Shown in pieces: positions 47,929-56,799 of a stretch of 64,000 nt of DNA (position 1 is the stretch's first letter; each line of letters begins with the position of its first letter). The translations under genes were made by a program, and so were the position numbers. Source of the stretch: Alphaproteobacteria bacterium (GTDB lineage: Bacteria > Pseudomonadota > Alphaproteobacteria > GCA-2731375). The notes below the pieces were generated by a model, which had not been told where the DNA came from, searched no databases, and saw only the letters and a list, made by a program, of their open reading frames with translations. The DNA lies in assembly GCA_965232515.1 (NCBI GenBank), contig CBDDPY010000002.1:4736001-4800000 (forward strand), written 5' to 3'.

Positions 47929-48537
47929 CGCCCCCAGATAGGTCCGCACCGGTTCGTGGTCTAACAGTCGGTCGAAGTCGGCGGCGTGCGTCAGTGTGCC
48001 GTTCTGCACAAAGATGAAGCGCTCGCAGATCTCGCGCAGGATATCGAGGTGGAAGGCCTCGTTCGGGTGCAGGCACAGGAACACCAGCCGGCCCTCGCGC
48101 CGCAGCCTGGCGAAGAAGTCCAGCATGAAGCCGATATAGCCGTCCTGGGTGTTGAACTGCGGTTCGTCGAACAGATGCACCAGCGGATAGTCGCTGCCCG
48201 CGCGCTGCATCAGAAACGCCGGCCGGGTCTTGGCGAAGTGCCGCACCTGATAGGACTGGTGATAGTGGATCGCCAGCCGGTCGCGCTCGTCATAGCGCAC
48301 CCGGTGGATATCGCGGCCGGCGCACAGCACGTGGCCGGCGGTGGGGCGGTTCGAGCCGGTGATCAGCTCGAACAGCGTCGTCTTGCCCGAGCCGTTCGGA
48401 CCCATGACGCCGACGATCTGCGGCGCCGCCACGGTGAAGTCGGCCCGCAACCGAAACGTTTCGCGCCGGTCGAACAGGCCCTGGCGGTAGACCTTGGTCA
48501 GGCCCTCGACGGCCAGCAGCGGCGGGTCGCTTGTCAT
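47917..48537 (-). CDS. Atypical ABC ATP-binding protein lacking signature motif
   Basis: Walker A GPNGSGKTT, Walker B VHLFDEP and H-loop LCLH are present; no LSGGQ. The start overlaps the upstream stop (ATGA). Confidence 0.7.
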   Translation of the reverse strand: MTSDPPLLAVEGLTKVYRQGLFDRRETFRLRADFTVAAPQIVGVMGPNGSGKTTLFELITGSNRPTAGHVLCAGRDIHRVRYDERDRLAIHYHQSYQVRHFAKTRPAFLMQRAGSDYPLVHLFDEPQFNTQDGYIGFMLDFFARLRREGRLVFLCLHPNEAFHLDILREICERFIFVQNGTLTHAADFDRLLDHEPVRTYLGALLA

Positions 48538-49232
48538 ATGCCCAACAGCCGTTCGCGTGCGGCCGCGTCGTTCAGCAGGTCGCGCGCGGCGCCGCCGTGA
48601 ACGATGCGGCCCTGGTCCATGACATAGACCCGGTCAGCCACCTCCAGCGCGCTGACCGCGTTCTGCTCGACCACCAGGACCGAGATGCCCTCGGCCTTGA
48701 GGCGTTCGATCGCCGCCATCACGTCCTGCACGATCTTTGGCGCCAGGCCCTGGGACGGCTCGTCGAACAGCACCAGGCCGGGCGCGCCCAAGAGCGCCCG
48801 GGCGATCGCCACCATCTGCATCTCGCCGCCCGACAGGTTCTCGGCGTCGCGCCGGGTCAGATGCGCCAGCGCCGAGAACAGCTCGAACACCTCGCCCATC
48901 TCCCAGGCGCGAAACCGGGTCGTGCGCCGGCCGATGGCCAGGTTCTGCGCCACCGTCAGGGTCGGGAAGATCCGCCGGTCGTCCGGCACCCAGCCGATGC
49001 CGCGACGCGAGATCTCGTGCGTGGTGGTTCGTGTGATGTCGTCGCCGTCGAACCAGATCGTGCCGGCACGCGGCGGGTTCAGGCCCAGAATGGACCGCAG
49101 CGTCGTGGTCTTGCCGGCGCCGCTGGCGCCGAGCAATGCTACCACCTCGCCGACATCGACCTCCAGCGTGACGCCGAACAGCGCCTGCGTTTCGCCGTAG
49201 AGCGTTTCGATGTCGCGCAGCTGCAGCCTCAT
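48534..49232 (-). CDS. Branched-chain amino acid-type ABC ATPase (LivF-like)
   Basis: GASGAGKTT, LSGGE, FDEPSQGLAP, VEQN. Confidence 0.9.
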   Translation of the reverse strand: MRLQLRDIETLYGETQALFGVTLEVDVGEVVALLGASGAGKTTTLRSILGLNPPRAGTIWFDGDDITRTTTHEISRRGIGWVPDDRRIFPTLTVAQNLAIGRRTTRFRAWEMGEVFELFSALAHLTRRDAENLSGGEMQMVAIARALLGAPGLVLFDEPSQGLAPKIVQDVMAAIERLKAEGISVLVVEQNAVSALEVADRVYVMDQGRIVHGGAARDLLNDAAARERLLGI

Positions 49233-49972
49233 GCCAACGCTCCCAGGTTCGAGCGCTGCACCCAGGGGTTTTCCCGCAGGGCCTCGGGCGTGCCCTCGGC
49301 GATCACCTGGCCCCAGTGAATGACCGAGATCCGGTCGGCGAGCCCGAACAGGAACCGCATGTCGTGCTCGATGACGACGATGGTCGTCCGGCGTTTCAAC
49401 TCCGAAATCAGCTCGGCCAGGCGCGCGGTGGCGGACGCGCCCAGACCCGCCGTCGGCTCGTCGACGAACAGCAGGACCGGCTCGGTGGCCAGCGCGACGC
49501 CGATCTCCAGCGCCCGGCGCTCGCCATAGGACAAGCTTTTCGCGTTCTCGTGCTCGCGCCCGGCGAGGCCGACCCGCCGCAGCAGCTCGGCGGCGCGGTC
49601 GCGCGTTTCGGTGTCGGCGTCCAGCGCATGCAGCGCGTGAAAGCCGCGCCGCCGCACCTCGGGCAGGGCGATCACCACGTTGTCCAGCGCCGTGTAGTCG
49701 TCGAACAAGCTCATGATCTGGAACGACCGCGAGATGCCCTTCTCGACAATGGCGTGCGGCGACAGCCCCGTGATGTCGGCGCCGTCAAACAACACCCGAC
49801 CGCGGTCCGGCTTGTAGCGGCCCGTCAGCACGTTGAAGCAGGTGGTCTTGCCGGCGCCGTTCGGTCCCATGATGCCGGACAGCTGGCCAGACTCGAAACT
49901 GAGGCTGATGTCCTCCAGCACGACCTGCTGGCCGAACCGCTTGTGCAGATGATGGGCTTCGAACAGCGCCAT
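49229..49972 (-). CDS. Branched-chain amino acid-type ABC ATPase (LivG-like)
   Basis: MALFEA..., GPNGAGKTT, RSFQ, LSYGE, DEPTAG, IEHDM. It is the C-terminal part of the 558-aa ORF in the track. Confidence 0.9.
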   Translation of the reverse strand: MALFEAHHLHKRFGQQVVLEDISLSFESGQLSGIMGPNGAGKTTCFNVLTGRYKPDRGRVLFDGADITGLSPHAIVEKGISRSFQIMSLFDDYTALDNVVIALPEVRRRGFHALHALDADTETRDRAAELLRRVGLAGREHENAKSLSYGERRALEIGVALATEPVLLFVDEPTAGLGASATARLAELISELKRRTTIVVIEHDMRFLFGLADRISVIHWGQVIAEGTPEALRENPWVQRSNLGALA

Positions 49973-49974
49973 GC

Positions 49975-50988
49975 TCAATGCTCGGGCCGCACGGCCGGGG
50001 CGGGCGTGGTCGTTGGCTTTGGCCGCCGCCCCAGGTCGCGCCAGATACCGGCCAGACCGTCCGGCTTGAACATCACCAGCACCACGAACATAAGACCGAA
50101 CCACAACAGCCAGGTGTCGGTGTAGGCGCCCAACACGTCGCGGGCGACGAAGTACAGGATCACGCCGACGACCGGCCCCCAGAAGCTGACGAAGCCGCCG
50201 CCGATCAGGACGATCAGCACGATCGTGCCCGACCATTGCAGGCTCATGATGTTGATGTAGGCGCCTTCCTGGGCCATGGCGAACAGGCCGCCGGCGAGCC
50301 CGGTGATGGCGCAGGACAGCGTGAACACCGACCATTTGAACAGCGTCACCGGATAGCCGACGAACGCGACCCGCATCTGGTTCTGCTTGATCGCCCGCAA
50401 CACCCGGCCATAGGACGAATGCGTCAATCGCCACAGCAACGGCGTCAGCACGACATAGGCCGCGAAGCAGAGGTAGTAGAGCCCGACATTGTCCGTCGTC
50501 GGCAGCGCCGTTAGGCCGAGCTCGACAGGCAGCCGGGCGATGTTCAACAGGCCGTCCTCGCCGCCGGTGACGCTGGTCCATTTGCTGGCGATGAAATAGA
50601 AGATCTGCCCGAAGGCGATCGACATCAGCGCGAAATAAATCCCCCGCCGGTGCGACAAGAACGCCGCCGTAAGGCCGCCGAATACGGCCGTGGTCAGCAC
50701 CGCGGCAGCCAAGCAGAACCACAGATTCGGCCAGATGTTGAACTGCGCCAGGCCGAAGGCATAGGCGCCGATGCCGAGGAAGGCGCCGTGGCCGAACGAC
50801 GGCAGGCCGGTGTAGCCCAACAACAGGTTGAAGCCGAGCGCGAACAGAATCCAGATCAGAACCTCGACGCCGAGATAGTGATAGAGGCCGACCGCCTCGA
50901 TCCACAGCGGCAGCGTGCCGAAGGCCACGAACGACAGCAGCATCGGGCCGGTCACCCAGGCCTTGGTCTGCTTCAATGGATAGTCCAT
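49975..50988 (-). CDS. ABC permease (LivM-like)
   Basis: NLLLGYTGLPSFGH.AF.GIGAY, TGGEDG, GGF.SFWGP. Confidence 0.9.
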   Translation of the reverse strand: MDYPLKQTKAWVTGPMLLSFVAFGTLPLWIEAVGLYHYLGVEVLIWILFALGFNLLLGYTGLPSFGHGAFLGIGAYAFGLAQFNIWPNLWFCLAAAVLTTAVFGGLTAAFLSHRRGIYFALMSIAFGQIFYFIASKWTSVTGGEDGLLNIARLPVELGLTALPTTDNVGLYYLCFAAYVVLTPLLWRLTHSSYGRVLRAIKQNQMRVAFVGYPVTLFKWSVFTLSCAITGLAGGLFAMAQEGAYINIMSLQWSGTIVLIVLIGGGFVSFWGPVVGVILYFVARDVLGAYTDTWLLWFGLMFVVLVMFKPDGLAGIWRDLGRRPKPTTTPAPAVRPEH

Positions 50989-51001
50989 CGCCGCCGCCGC
51001 C

Positions 51002-51925
51002 TCAGGCTTCCAGCACGCTCGCCTTGCCGGCGAGCCCGCGGGCGCGGAACGTGACCACGGCCAGCAGCAGGAGGTACATCGACAGCAGCGACCAGTCGGT
51101 CAGGAAGGCGCCGGTCAGGCCGACCACCAGGCCGACCAGGATGCCGGCCGAGACCGCGCCCCAGAAGCTGCCGACGCCGCCCAGCACGATGACCACGAAG
51201 GCCGGGATCACCGCGTCGACGCCGACCACCGGGCGGATGCCCCAGATCGGCGCCATGACGATGCCGGCGATGCCGGCCAGCGCCGCGCCGAAGGCGAAGA
51301 CGTAGAGCCTGAGCCGTTTCAGGTTGTAGCCCAGCGCGCGCACCATCTCGCTGTCATGCGCGCCGGCCTTGATCACGGCGCCATAGGGCGTCTTGTTCAG
51401 GAACAGCCAGAGCACGCCGATCATCGCCGCCGCGAACAGGGCCGCGTAGATGCGATAGGTGGAATAGATCAGGTCGCCGAAGATGAAGCCGCCGGAGATG
51501 CCGCGCGGGATCGGCAGGTAGTATTCGCTGCTGCCCCAGATCTCGCGGATCGTCTCCTCCAGCACCAGCGCCGCGCCGAAGGTCAGCAGCAGGCCGTAGA
51601 GTGGGTCGCCGCCATAGGTCCGGCGCAGGCACAGCTCCAGGCCCATGCCGACGACGGCGACCACAGCCGGCCCGACGATCAGCGCGATGACATAGCGCGG
51701 CACCGCCGGCAGCGCGTAATAGGGCTCCATGAACGCGAACGGCAGGCCGCCGTCCGGCGCCATCACCGCCAGCGCAATGTAGGCGCCCAGTGTGAACAAC
51801 GCGCCGTGCGCCAGGTTGATCACTTCCATCACGCCGATGATCAGCATGAAGCCCAGCGCCAGCAGCGCGAACAGCAGCCCCAGCGCAACGCCGTTGATCA
51901 GGTGCGGTATCAGGTCGTACAGCAT
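51002..51925 (-). CDS. ABC permease (LivH-like)
   Basis: NG..LG....L.ALG..LI.GVM.VINLAHG, VLGGVGS. Confidence 0.9.
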   Translation of the reverse strand: MLYDLIPHLINGVALGLLFALLALGFMLIIGVMEVINLAHGALFTLGAYIALAVMAPDGGLPFAFMEPYYALPAVPRYVIALIVGPAVVAVVGMGLELCLRRTYGGDPLYGLLLTFGAALVLEETIREIWGSSEYYLPIPRGISGGFIFGDLIYSTYRIYAALFAAAMIGVLWLFLNKTPYGAVIKAGAHDSEMVRALGYNLKRLRLYVFAFGAALAGIAGIVMAPIWGIRPVVGVDAVIPAFVVIVLGGVGSFWGAVSAGILVGLVVGLTGAFLTDWSLLSMYLLLLAVVTFRARGLAGKASVLEA

Positions 51926-51943
51926 GTCCGTCGCGCAACAGGT

Positions 51944-51977
51944 TCCCCTCTCCCGCCGAATGCTGCGGGAGAGGGGA
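51944..51977. repeat. REP-like palindrome between substrate-binding protein and permease genes
   Basis: TCCCCTCTCCCGC / GCGGGAGAGGGGA form a 13-bp stem. Confidence 0.7.
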
Positions 51978-51997
51978 GCGTCAACAACTCGCCGACC

Positions 51998-53293
51998 TCA
52001 ACCCTGGTCGTAGTTCGGCGTCGCGTCGTAGGACTCGAGCGAACAGGTATCGTCCGCCGACGCCCGGATCGATTCCGGATCCGACCAGCTCAGGATCTTG
52101 AAATAGTCGCTGTCGTCGCGCGGCTTCTTGTTGCCGGTGGCCAGATAGATCGTCTGCTGCACGTGATGCGAGTTCGGATCGATGACGGCGTCATGGTGCT
52201 GCATCCGGTCGGCCGCCGCCATCGTCCGGCCCTCCAGCGCCTTGATGATCTTGATGTTGTCGGTTCCGCCGACTTCTTCGATCACGCGCAGCAGTTCGCG
52301 CACGGCGACGTAGCCGTTGTAGGTCACGTTGCCGGGTACGTTGATCCGGGTCTCGGGATAGGCGGCCTGATAGCGCTTGACGAAATCGCCGACGCCCGGC
52401 AGGTGCAGATAGTGGTACCAGGTCGTGCCGAACACGCCGAACGCGGCGTCCGCGCCCAGGCCGTAAACGTCCGGCCAGTCCTGCTGGTTGTTGATCCAGG
52501 CCGGCTTCTGATCCAGGTTCATGTCGCTCACCTGCTGACGCATGACCTTGAAGTCGTCGCCGCCGACCGCTGCCGCGACCACGTCGGGCTTGGCCTGCTG
52601 GATCTTCAACAGCACGCTCGACCAGTCGCGCGTGCCAACCGGGATCGCCACCTCGTCGATGACCTCGGCGCCATAGCCCGCCGCCACCTTCTTGGTCGCG
52701 GCGTTGGTGTTCTGGCCCCAGACATAGTCGTTGTACATCAGGAACCATTTGTCGCCGAAGGCGTTGATGGCGTTGCGGGCCGCGGCGCGCGAAAAGTTCT
52801 CGCCGTTGCCGTCCCAGACGAACTTCACCCGATGGCAGTTCTTGCCCGATTCCGTGGGCGAGCTGGAATTGGTGTTGAAGTAAATGCAGCCGTACTTCTG
52901 CGCCACCTGGCTGATCGCGTTCGCCGTGCCGGATTGGATGGCGCCGACCAGGAAGTGCACGTTCTCGCGGCTGATCAGCCGCTCGGCGACGCGGGTGCCG
53001 GTCTGCGGGTTGGTCTCGGTGTCCATCCACAGATATTCGACCTTACGCCCCAGCACGCCGCCGGCTGCGTTCGCTTCCTCGATCGCCATGATCGTGCCGC
53101 GCTTTTCGGCCTGGCCGGAGTTGGCGAACTGGCCGCTGGCGTCATGCGTCAGACCGATTCGGATCGGCTTGTCCGACTTCGCCGCATAGACGCGGGTATG
53201 CTTCCACGGCCCGAACAGCGTCGCACCCCCGGCCGTGCCCGACAACAACGCCGTCGCCAGAAAGCCGCGACGGGACATTCCCTTCTTCGACAT
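51998..53293 (-). CDS. ABC substrate-binding protein (Liv/periplasmic binding protein type 1), Tat-exported
   Basis: SRRGFL twin-arginine motif; PIRIG....SG, MAIEE.NA.GGVLGR, DYVWG. Confidence 0.9.
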   Translation of the reverse strand: MSKKGMSRRGFLATALLSGTAGGATLFGPWKHTRVYAAKSDKPIRIGLTHDASGQFANSGQAEKRGTIMAIEEANAAGGVLGRKVEYLWMDTETNPQTGTRVAERLISRENVHFLVGAIQSGTANAISQVAQKYGCIYFNTNSSSPTESGKNCHRVKFVWDGNGENFSRAAARNAINAFGDKWFLMYNDYVWGQNTNAATKKVAAGYGAEVIDEVAIPVGTRDWSSVLLKIQQAKPDVVAAAVGGDDFKVMRQQVSDMNLDQKPAWINNQQDWPDVYGLGADAAFGVFGTTWYHYLHLPGVGDFVKRYQAAYPETRINVPGNVTYNGYVAVRELLRVIEEVGGTDNIKIIKALEGRTMAAADRMQHHDAVIDPNSHHVQQTIYLATGNKKPRDDSDYFKILSWSDPESIRASADDTCSLESYDATPNYDQG

Positions 53294-53357
53294 CGATTCC
53301 TCCCCTGATGATGTTTCCGGCGCCTGCATGTGCGCCGTTGTTCTTTGCGATCTGAGA

Positions 53358-53455
53358 GAATGAATTTTCTATCTCACAAATTTGAACGAATTTTCTGTTT
53401 TTATGTCAAGGCCGAAAATTCTATTTTATGTGTGGAAATAGAAATTTCGTTCAAA
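53358..53455. promoter_or_regulatory. Operator array in the divergent SBP/RpiR promoter
   Basis: TTTGAACGAATTTTCTGTTT (53381-53400) and its 18/20 inverted copy (53436-53455), with partial copies at 53358 and 53414; minus-strand TTGACA at 53404-53409. Confidence 0.6.
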
Positions 53456-53517
53456 CCGGCTTGCCCGGTGGCAGGTGCGCCGCTATACGGCCTAGGGGTC
53501 CGACAACGGAGAAGTAC

Positions 53518-54399
53518 ATGGCAGCAGACGGTCCGGCGCCGGCGTCCTTCGACAGCCTCCGTCACGAATTGCAGGCGCGCTACGACGATCTCAGCCCGCA
53601 TCTTCAGCGGCTGGCCCGGCACGCGCTGGAGGATCCGAATGCCTTCGCGCTCGAGACCGTGGTGGTGCTGGCCGAACGCGCGGTGGTCCAGCCTTCGACG
53701 CTGATCCGCTTCGCCAAGGAGTTCGGCTATTCCGGCTTCTCCGACATGCAGAAGGTATTCAAGCTGCGGCTGATCGAGGGCGCGCCGGTCTACCGCGAGC
53801 AGATCTATCGGGCCCGCACCAACCTCGAAAACGCCGCCCGCGATAACCCGGTCGATATCCTGACCGAGTTCGCCGACGCCTCGATCCTCTGCCTCGAGCG
53901 CCTGAAGGAGACCGTGTCGCCGGACTCGCTCGCCGCCGCCATCGGGATGATGGCATCCGCCCGGCAGATCTTCGTCATCGGCGTGCGGCGGGCGTTCCCC
54001 GTTGCCTCCTACATTGCCTACGGCCTGACCCGCCTCGAATATCGCTGCCAGTTCCTGGATTTCGTCGGCGGCATGGTGCCGCAGCAGGCCGCGACCATGA
54101 CGCCGGACGATCTGTTGATCGCCGTGTCGTTCACAGAATATGCGCTGCCGGTGGTCGAGGTCGTGCGCGACGCCGACATTCGCGGCGTGCCGACGCTCAC
54201 CATCACCGACGTGCCCTCCAGCCCGCTCGCCAAGCACGGCCGCGTGTTCTTCTGCGTCGACGACGCCGACATCCACCGCTTCCGGCCGGTCGCCGGCTCC
54301 ATCGGTCTCGCCCAGTCGCTGATCATCGGTCTCAGCTATTACAACGACGCCGGCGCGGTCAAACCGGCATCCGGCAAACGCCGGCGCAAGACCAGGTGA
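53518..54399 (+). CDS. MurR/RpiR family transcriptional regulator
   Basis: LA....VQPSTLIRFA..FGYSGFS.MQ HTH plus SIS domain (IG.RRAFP, ITD..SSPL). Confidence 0.9.
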   Translation: MAADGPAPASFDSLRHELQARYDDLSPHLQRLARHALEDPNAFALETVVVLAERAVVQPSTLIRFAKEFGYSGFSDMQKVFKLRLIEGAPVYREQIYRARTNLENAARDNPVDILTEFADASILCLERLKETVSPDSLAAAIGMMASARQIFVIGVRRAFPVASYIAYGLTRLEYRCQFLDFVGGMVPQQAATMTPDDLLIAVSFTEYALPVVEVVRDADIRGVPTLTITDVPSSPLAKHGRVFFCVDDADIHRFRPVAGSIGLAQSLIIGLSYYNDAGAVKPASGKRRRKTR

Positions 54400-54408
54400 C
54401 CGCCGCTG

Positions 54409-54522
54409 TCAGATCAGCAACGCAACGATCAACCAGATATAGAGCGGCGCCGGCACGGCGACCCAGATCAGGAAGATCGGCAGCCAGCGCGACGGCCGCA
54501 GGTGTGTGCGGAAAACGGTCAT
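54409..54522 (-). CDS. 37-aa single-TM small protein (not in ORF track)
   Basis: MTVFRTHLRPSRWLPIFLIWVAVPAPLYIWLIVALLI; GGAG lies 7 nt before the ATG, which is 2 nt after the upstream stop. Confidence 0.5.
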   Translation of the reverse strand: MTVFRTHLRPSRWLPIFLIWVAVPAPLYIWLIVALLI

Positions 54523-54524
54523 CG

Positions 54525-54743
54525 TCAAGCTCCGAACCATTGATAGAGGGTGAGCAACGCCAGGATGCTCAATCCGACCGCGAAGGCGAGGCGCGCCGAC
54601 CCGGTCAGCCGCCGCGCCGCGGTGTCGGTCCGCGACGCCGGCAGGTGCCGGCTGTCGACGATCAGCCCATGCGCCAGCAGCCCGAACGCGACGAACCAGA
54701 CCAGGGTCAGAAACTCGGCGGCAAGCACGGCATAAACGGCCAT
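54525..54743 (-). CDS. 72-aa two-TM small membrane protein
   Basis: MAVYAVLAAEFLTLVWFVAFGLLAHGLIV...LAFAVGLSILALLTLYQWFGA; AGGGAAGGA Shine-Dalgarno. Confidence 0.55.
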   Translation of the reverse strand: MAVYAVLAAEFLTLVWFVAFGLLAHGLIVDSRHLPASRTDTAARRLTGSARLAFAVGLSILALLTLYQWFGA

Positions 54744-54853
54744 CGCTGATATCCTTCCCTCGGCTAAAATATGTATCTCATCTACATCTTTATATGGCAC
54801 TCCCGTCGCAGAAAGCAATATCCAATATGCATATTTAAAACGTGACCGTGCGG

Positions 54854-55768
54854 CTACCGGTAGGCGGGCGCCCGCGCGCCGGTCTGCTCGAACACCGCCT
54901 TCGCCGCCACCAGGCCGTTGTAGGCGGCGGGCATGCCGGCATGGAGTTGCAGCAGCATCATGATCTCGACGATCTCGTTACGGCTGACGCCGACATTCAT
55001 CGCCGCGGCGATGTGGAACCGCAGCTGCGGATCGGCGCCGCCCATTGCTGCCAACGCGGCGACGGTCGCAATCTGGCGCCTGCGCAGATCCAGGCCGGGC
55101 GGCCCGAACACGTCGCCGAAGATCCGAAACGTGGTGTCGGCAAGATCCGGGGCCATGTCGCCGAAGGCGCGGCGGATGTTCGCCAGCGCTTCGGCGTCTA
55201 GCGCCCCGTAAGCCTCGGCGCCGACGGCGTATCGCGACTCATCAGTCTCGGCCACGCTCGACCGGGCGTCGTCGGGCAGAAGGCCGCGCGCCGCCGCCAC
55301 CCGTTGCAGCACCGCCATGGCGTCGACGGACCGGTGGAAACCGCGATAGGCCACCAGCTGTGTGATAATCAGCTCCAGCTCCGCGACCGTAACGCCGGCA
55401 TTGATTGCCGCGTTGATCTGCACCTCCAACGCCTGTTCCGCGCCGCCCATGGCCGTCAGCGCGGCGACGCCGACCAGCGGCTCGTCCGTCGCGGCCAGAA
55501 CCCCCCGTCCGCGAAGGTCGCCATAGCCGCCGCGCACATAGGCCGTCGCCAGCGTCGGCGATACTGTGGCCACGAGATCAAGCAGCGCTTGCCCCTCGGC
55601 GCCCTCGATGGTCAAAAATCGCGCCGCCGCGTCGTCAGATGTATTGGCCGTCGCCATCCGTGCGTCCATCATGTTTGCTCCCGCAAGAACCGCGGCAACG
55701 ATGGCCGCCCGACTGGCCCGGGCAACGAGCTGACGCATCGCGTTCGGCTGGATAGCCGTCATGCACAT
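54854..55768 (-). CDS. Tandem carboxymuconolactone decarboxylase family protein
   Basis: Two repeats of (Y/F)GD...R/P..L....VAAL.AMGGA..L..H/QI.AA.N.GV; start uncertain. Confidence 0.8.
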   Translation of the reverse strand: MCMTAIQPNAMRQLVARASRAAIVAAVLAGANMMDARMATANTSDDAAARFLTIEGAEGQALLDLVATVSPTLATAYVRGGYGDLRGRGVLAATDEPLVGVAALTAMGGAEQALEVQINAAINAGVTVAELELIITQLVAYRGFHRSVDAMAVLQRVAAARGLLPDDARSSVAETDESRYAVGAEAYGALDAEALANIRRAFGDMAPDLADTTFRIFGDVFGPPGLDLRRRQIATVAALAAMGGADPQLRFHIAAAMNVGVSRNEIVEIMMLLQLHAGMPAAYNGLVAAKAVFEQTGARAPAYR

Positions 55769-55884
55769 GCCAATCTCCTATTGCACGGACTGAACTATTC
55801 ATTCGTTACATGCAATGATGTATATCCGATTGTTGCAGATGATAATGGCCGCAGACGCAACGCAATCGTTCGCGGAGCGAAAGA

Positions 55885-56799
55885 ATGACGGACCTGAGCC
55901 AGCCCGGCCTGGACCTGATCCAGGCCTTCGTCGCGGTCGCCGACCGGCTGAACTTCGCTGCCGCGGCAAAGTCGCTGAACGTCACGCCTTCGACGCTCAG
56001 TCGGCGCATCGGCGCGCTGGAAGGCCGTCTGGGCACCCGCCTCTTCAACCGCACGACGCGGCGGGTGGCGTTGACGGAGGCCGGGGCGCGGTTCCACCGG
56101 CGCTGTCAGCGGGCGCTCGACGAGCTGCAATTGGCCGAGGCCGAGCTCGCCTCGATGGCCGCCGCGCCGCAAGGCCTGCTGCGCGTGCATGCGCCAATGA
56201 GCTTCGGCCTGATGCGGGTGTCACCGGCCCTGCCGGCCTTCTTCGACCGCTATCCCGGCGTCGACATCGATTTGGTGCTGAGCGACGCCTTCGTCGATCT
56301 GGTGCAGGAACATGTGGACGTCGCGATCCGCATCGGCAATCTGCCGGATTCATCGCTCATTGCCCGCAAGCTGGCGCCCAACCGCCGCTTTCTCTGCGCC
56401 AGCCCGGATTACCTCGAGCGGCATGGCCGGCCGCGCCGGCCCGAGGATCTGGCCGCGCATAGCTGTCTCAACTTCACCTTCCTTCAGTCGGGCGACGTCT
56501 GGCGGCTGGTCGGCCGCGACCGGACGGCATCCGTGCGGGTCTCCGGCCGGCTGCGCGCCAACAACGCGCTCGCCGTGCGCGACGCGGCGCGGGGCGGACA
56601 CGGCATCGTGCTGCTGTCGGATTTCATTGCCGGCGATGACGTCGCCGCCGGCCGTCTGACGCCGGTTCTCAAGGCCTGGGCGCCGGAACCGAGCGATATC
56701 TATGCGATCTATCCCAGCACGGGCTTCATGCCGCCCAAGGCGCGCGTGTTCGTCGACTTCCTCGTTGCGCGTTTTGCCGACGGCGGCAAGGCGGGCTAA
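55885..56799 (+). CDS. LysR family regulator (CrgA/DmlR-like)
   Basis: LFNRTTRRVALTEAG, G.LRV.APMSFG, DVAIRIG.LPDSSL, PPKARVFVDFL. Confidence 0.93.
   Translation: MTDLSQPGLDLIQAFVAVADRLNFAAAAKSLNVTPSTLSRRIGALEGRLGTRLFNRTTRRVALTEAGARFHRRCQRALDELQLAEAELASMAAAPQGLLRVHAPMSFGLMRVSPALPAFFDRYPGVDIDLVLSDAFVDLVQEHVDVAIRIGNLPDSSLIARKLAPNRRFLCASPDYLERHGRPRRPEDLAAHSCLNFTFLQSGDVWRLVGRDRTASVRVSGRLRANNALAVRDAARGGHGIVLLSDFIAGDDVAAGRLTPVLKAWAPEPSDIYAIYPSTGFMPPKARVFVDFLVARFADGGKAG

Noticed and set aside
49229-50905. 558-aa ORF suggesting a permease-ATPase fusion
   Set aside because: The N-terminal part is an off-frame read of livM; the real livG-like gene starts at 49972.
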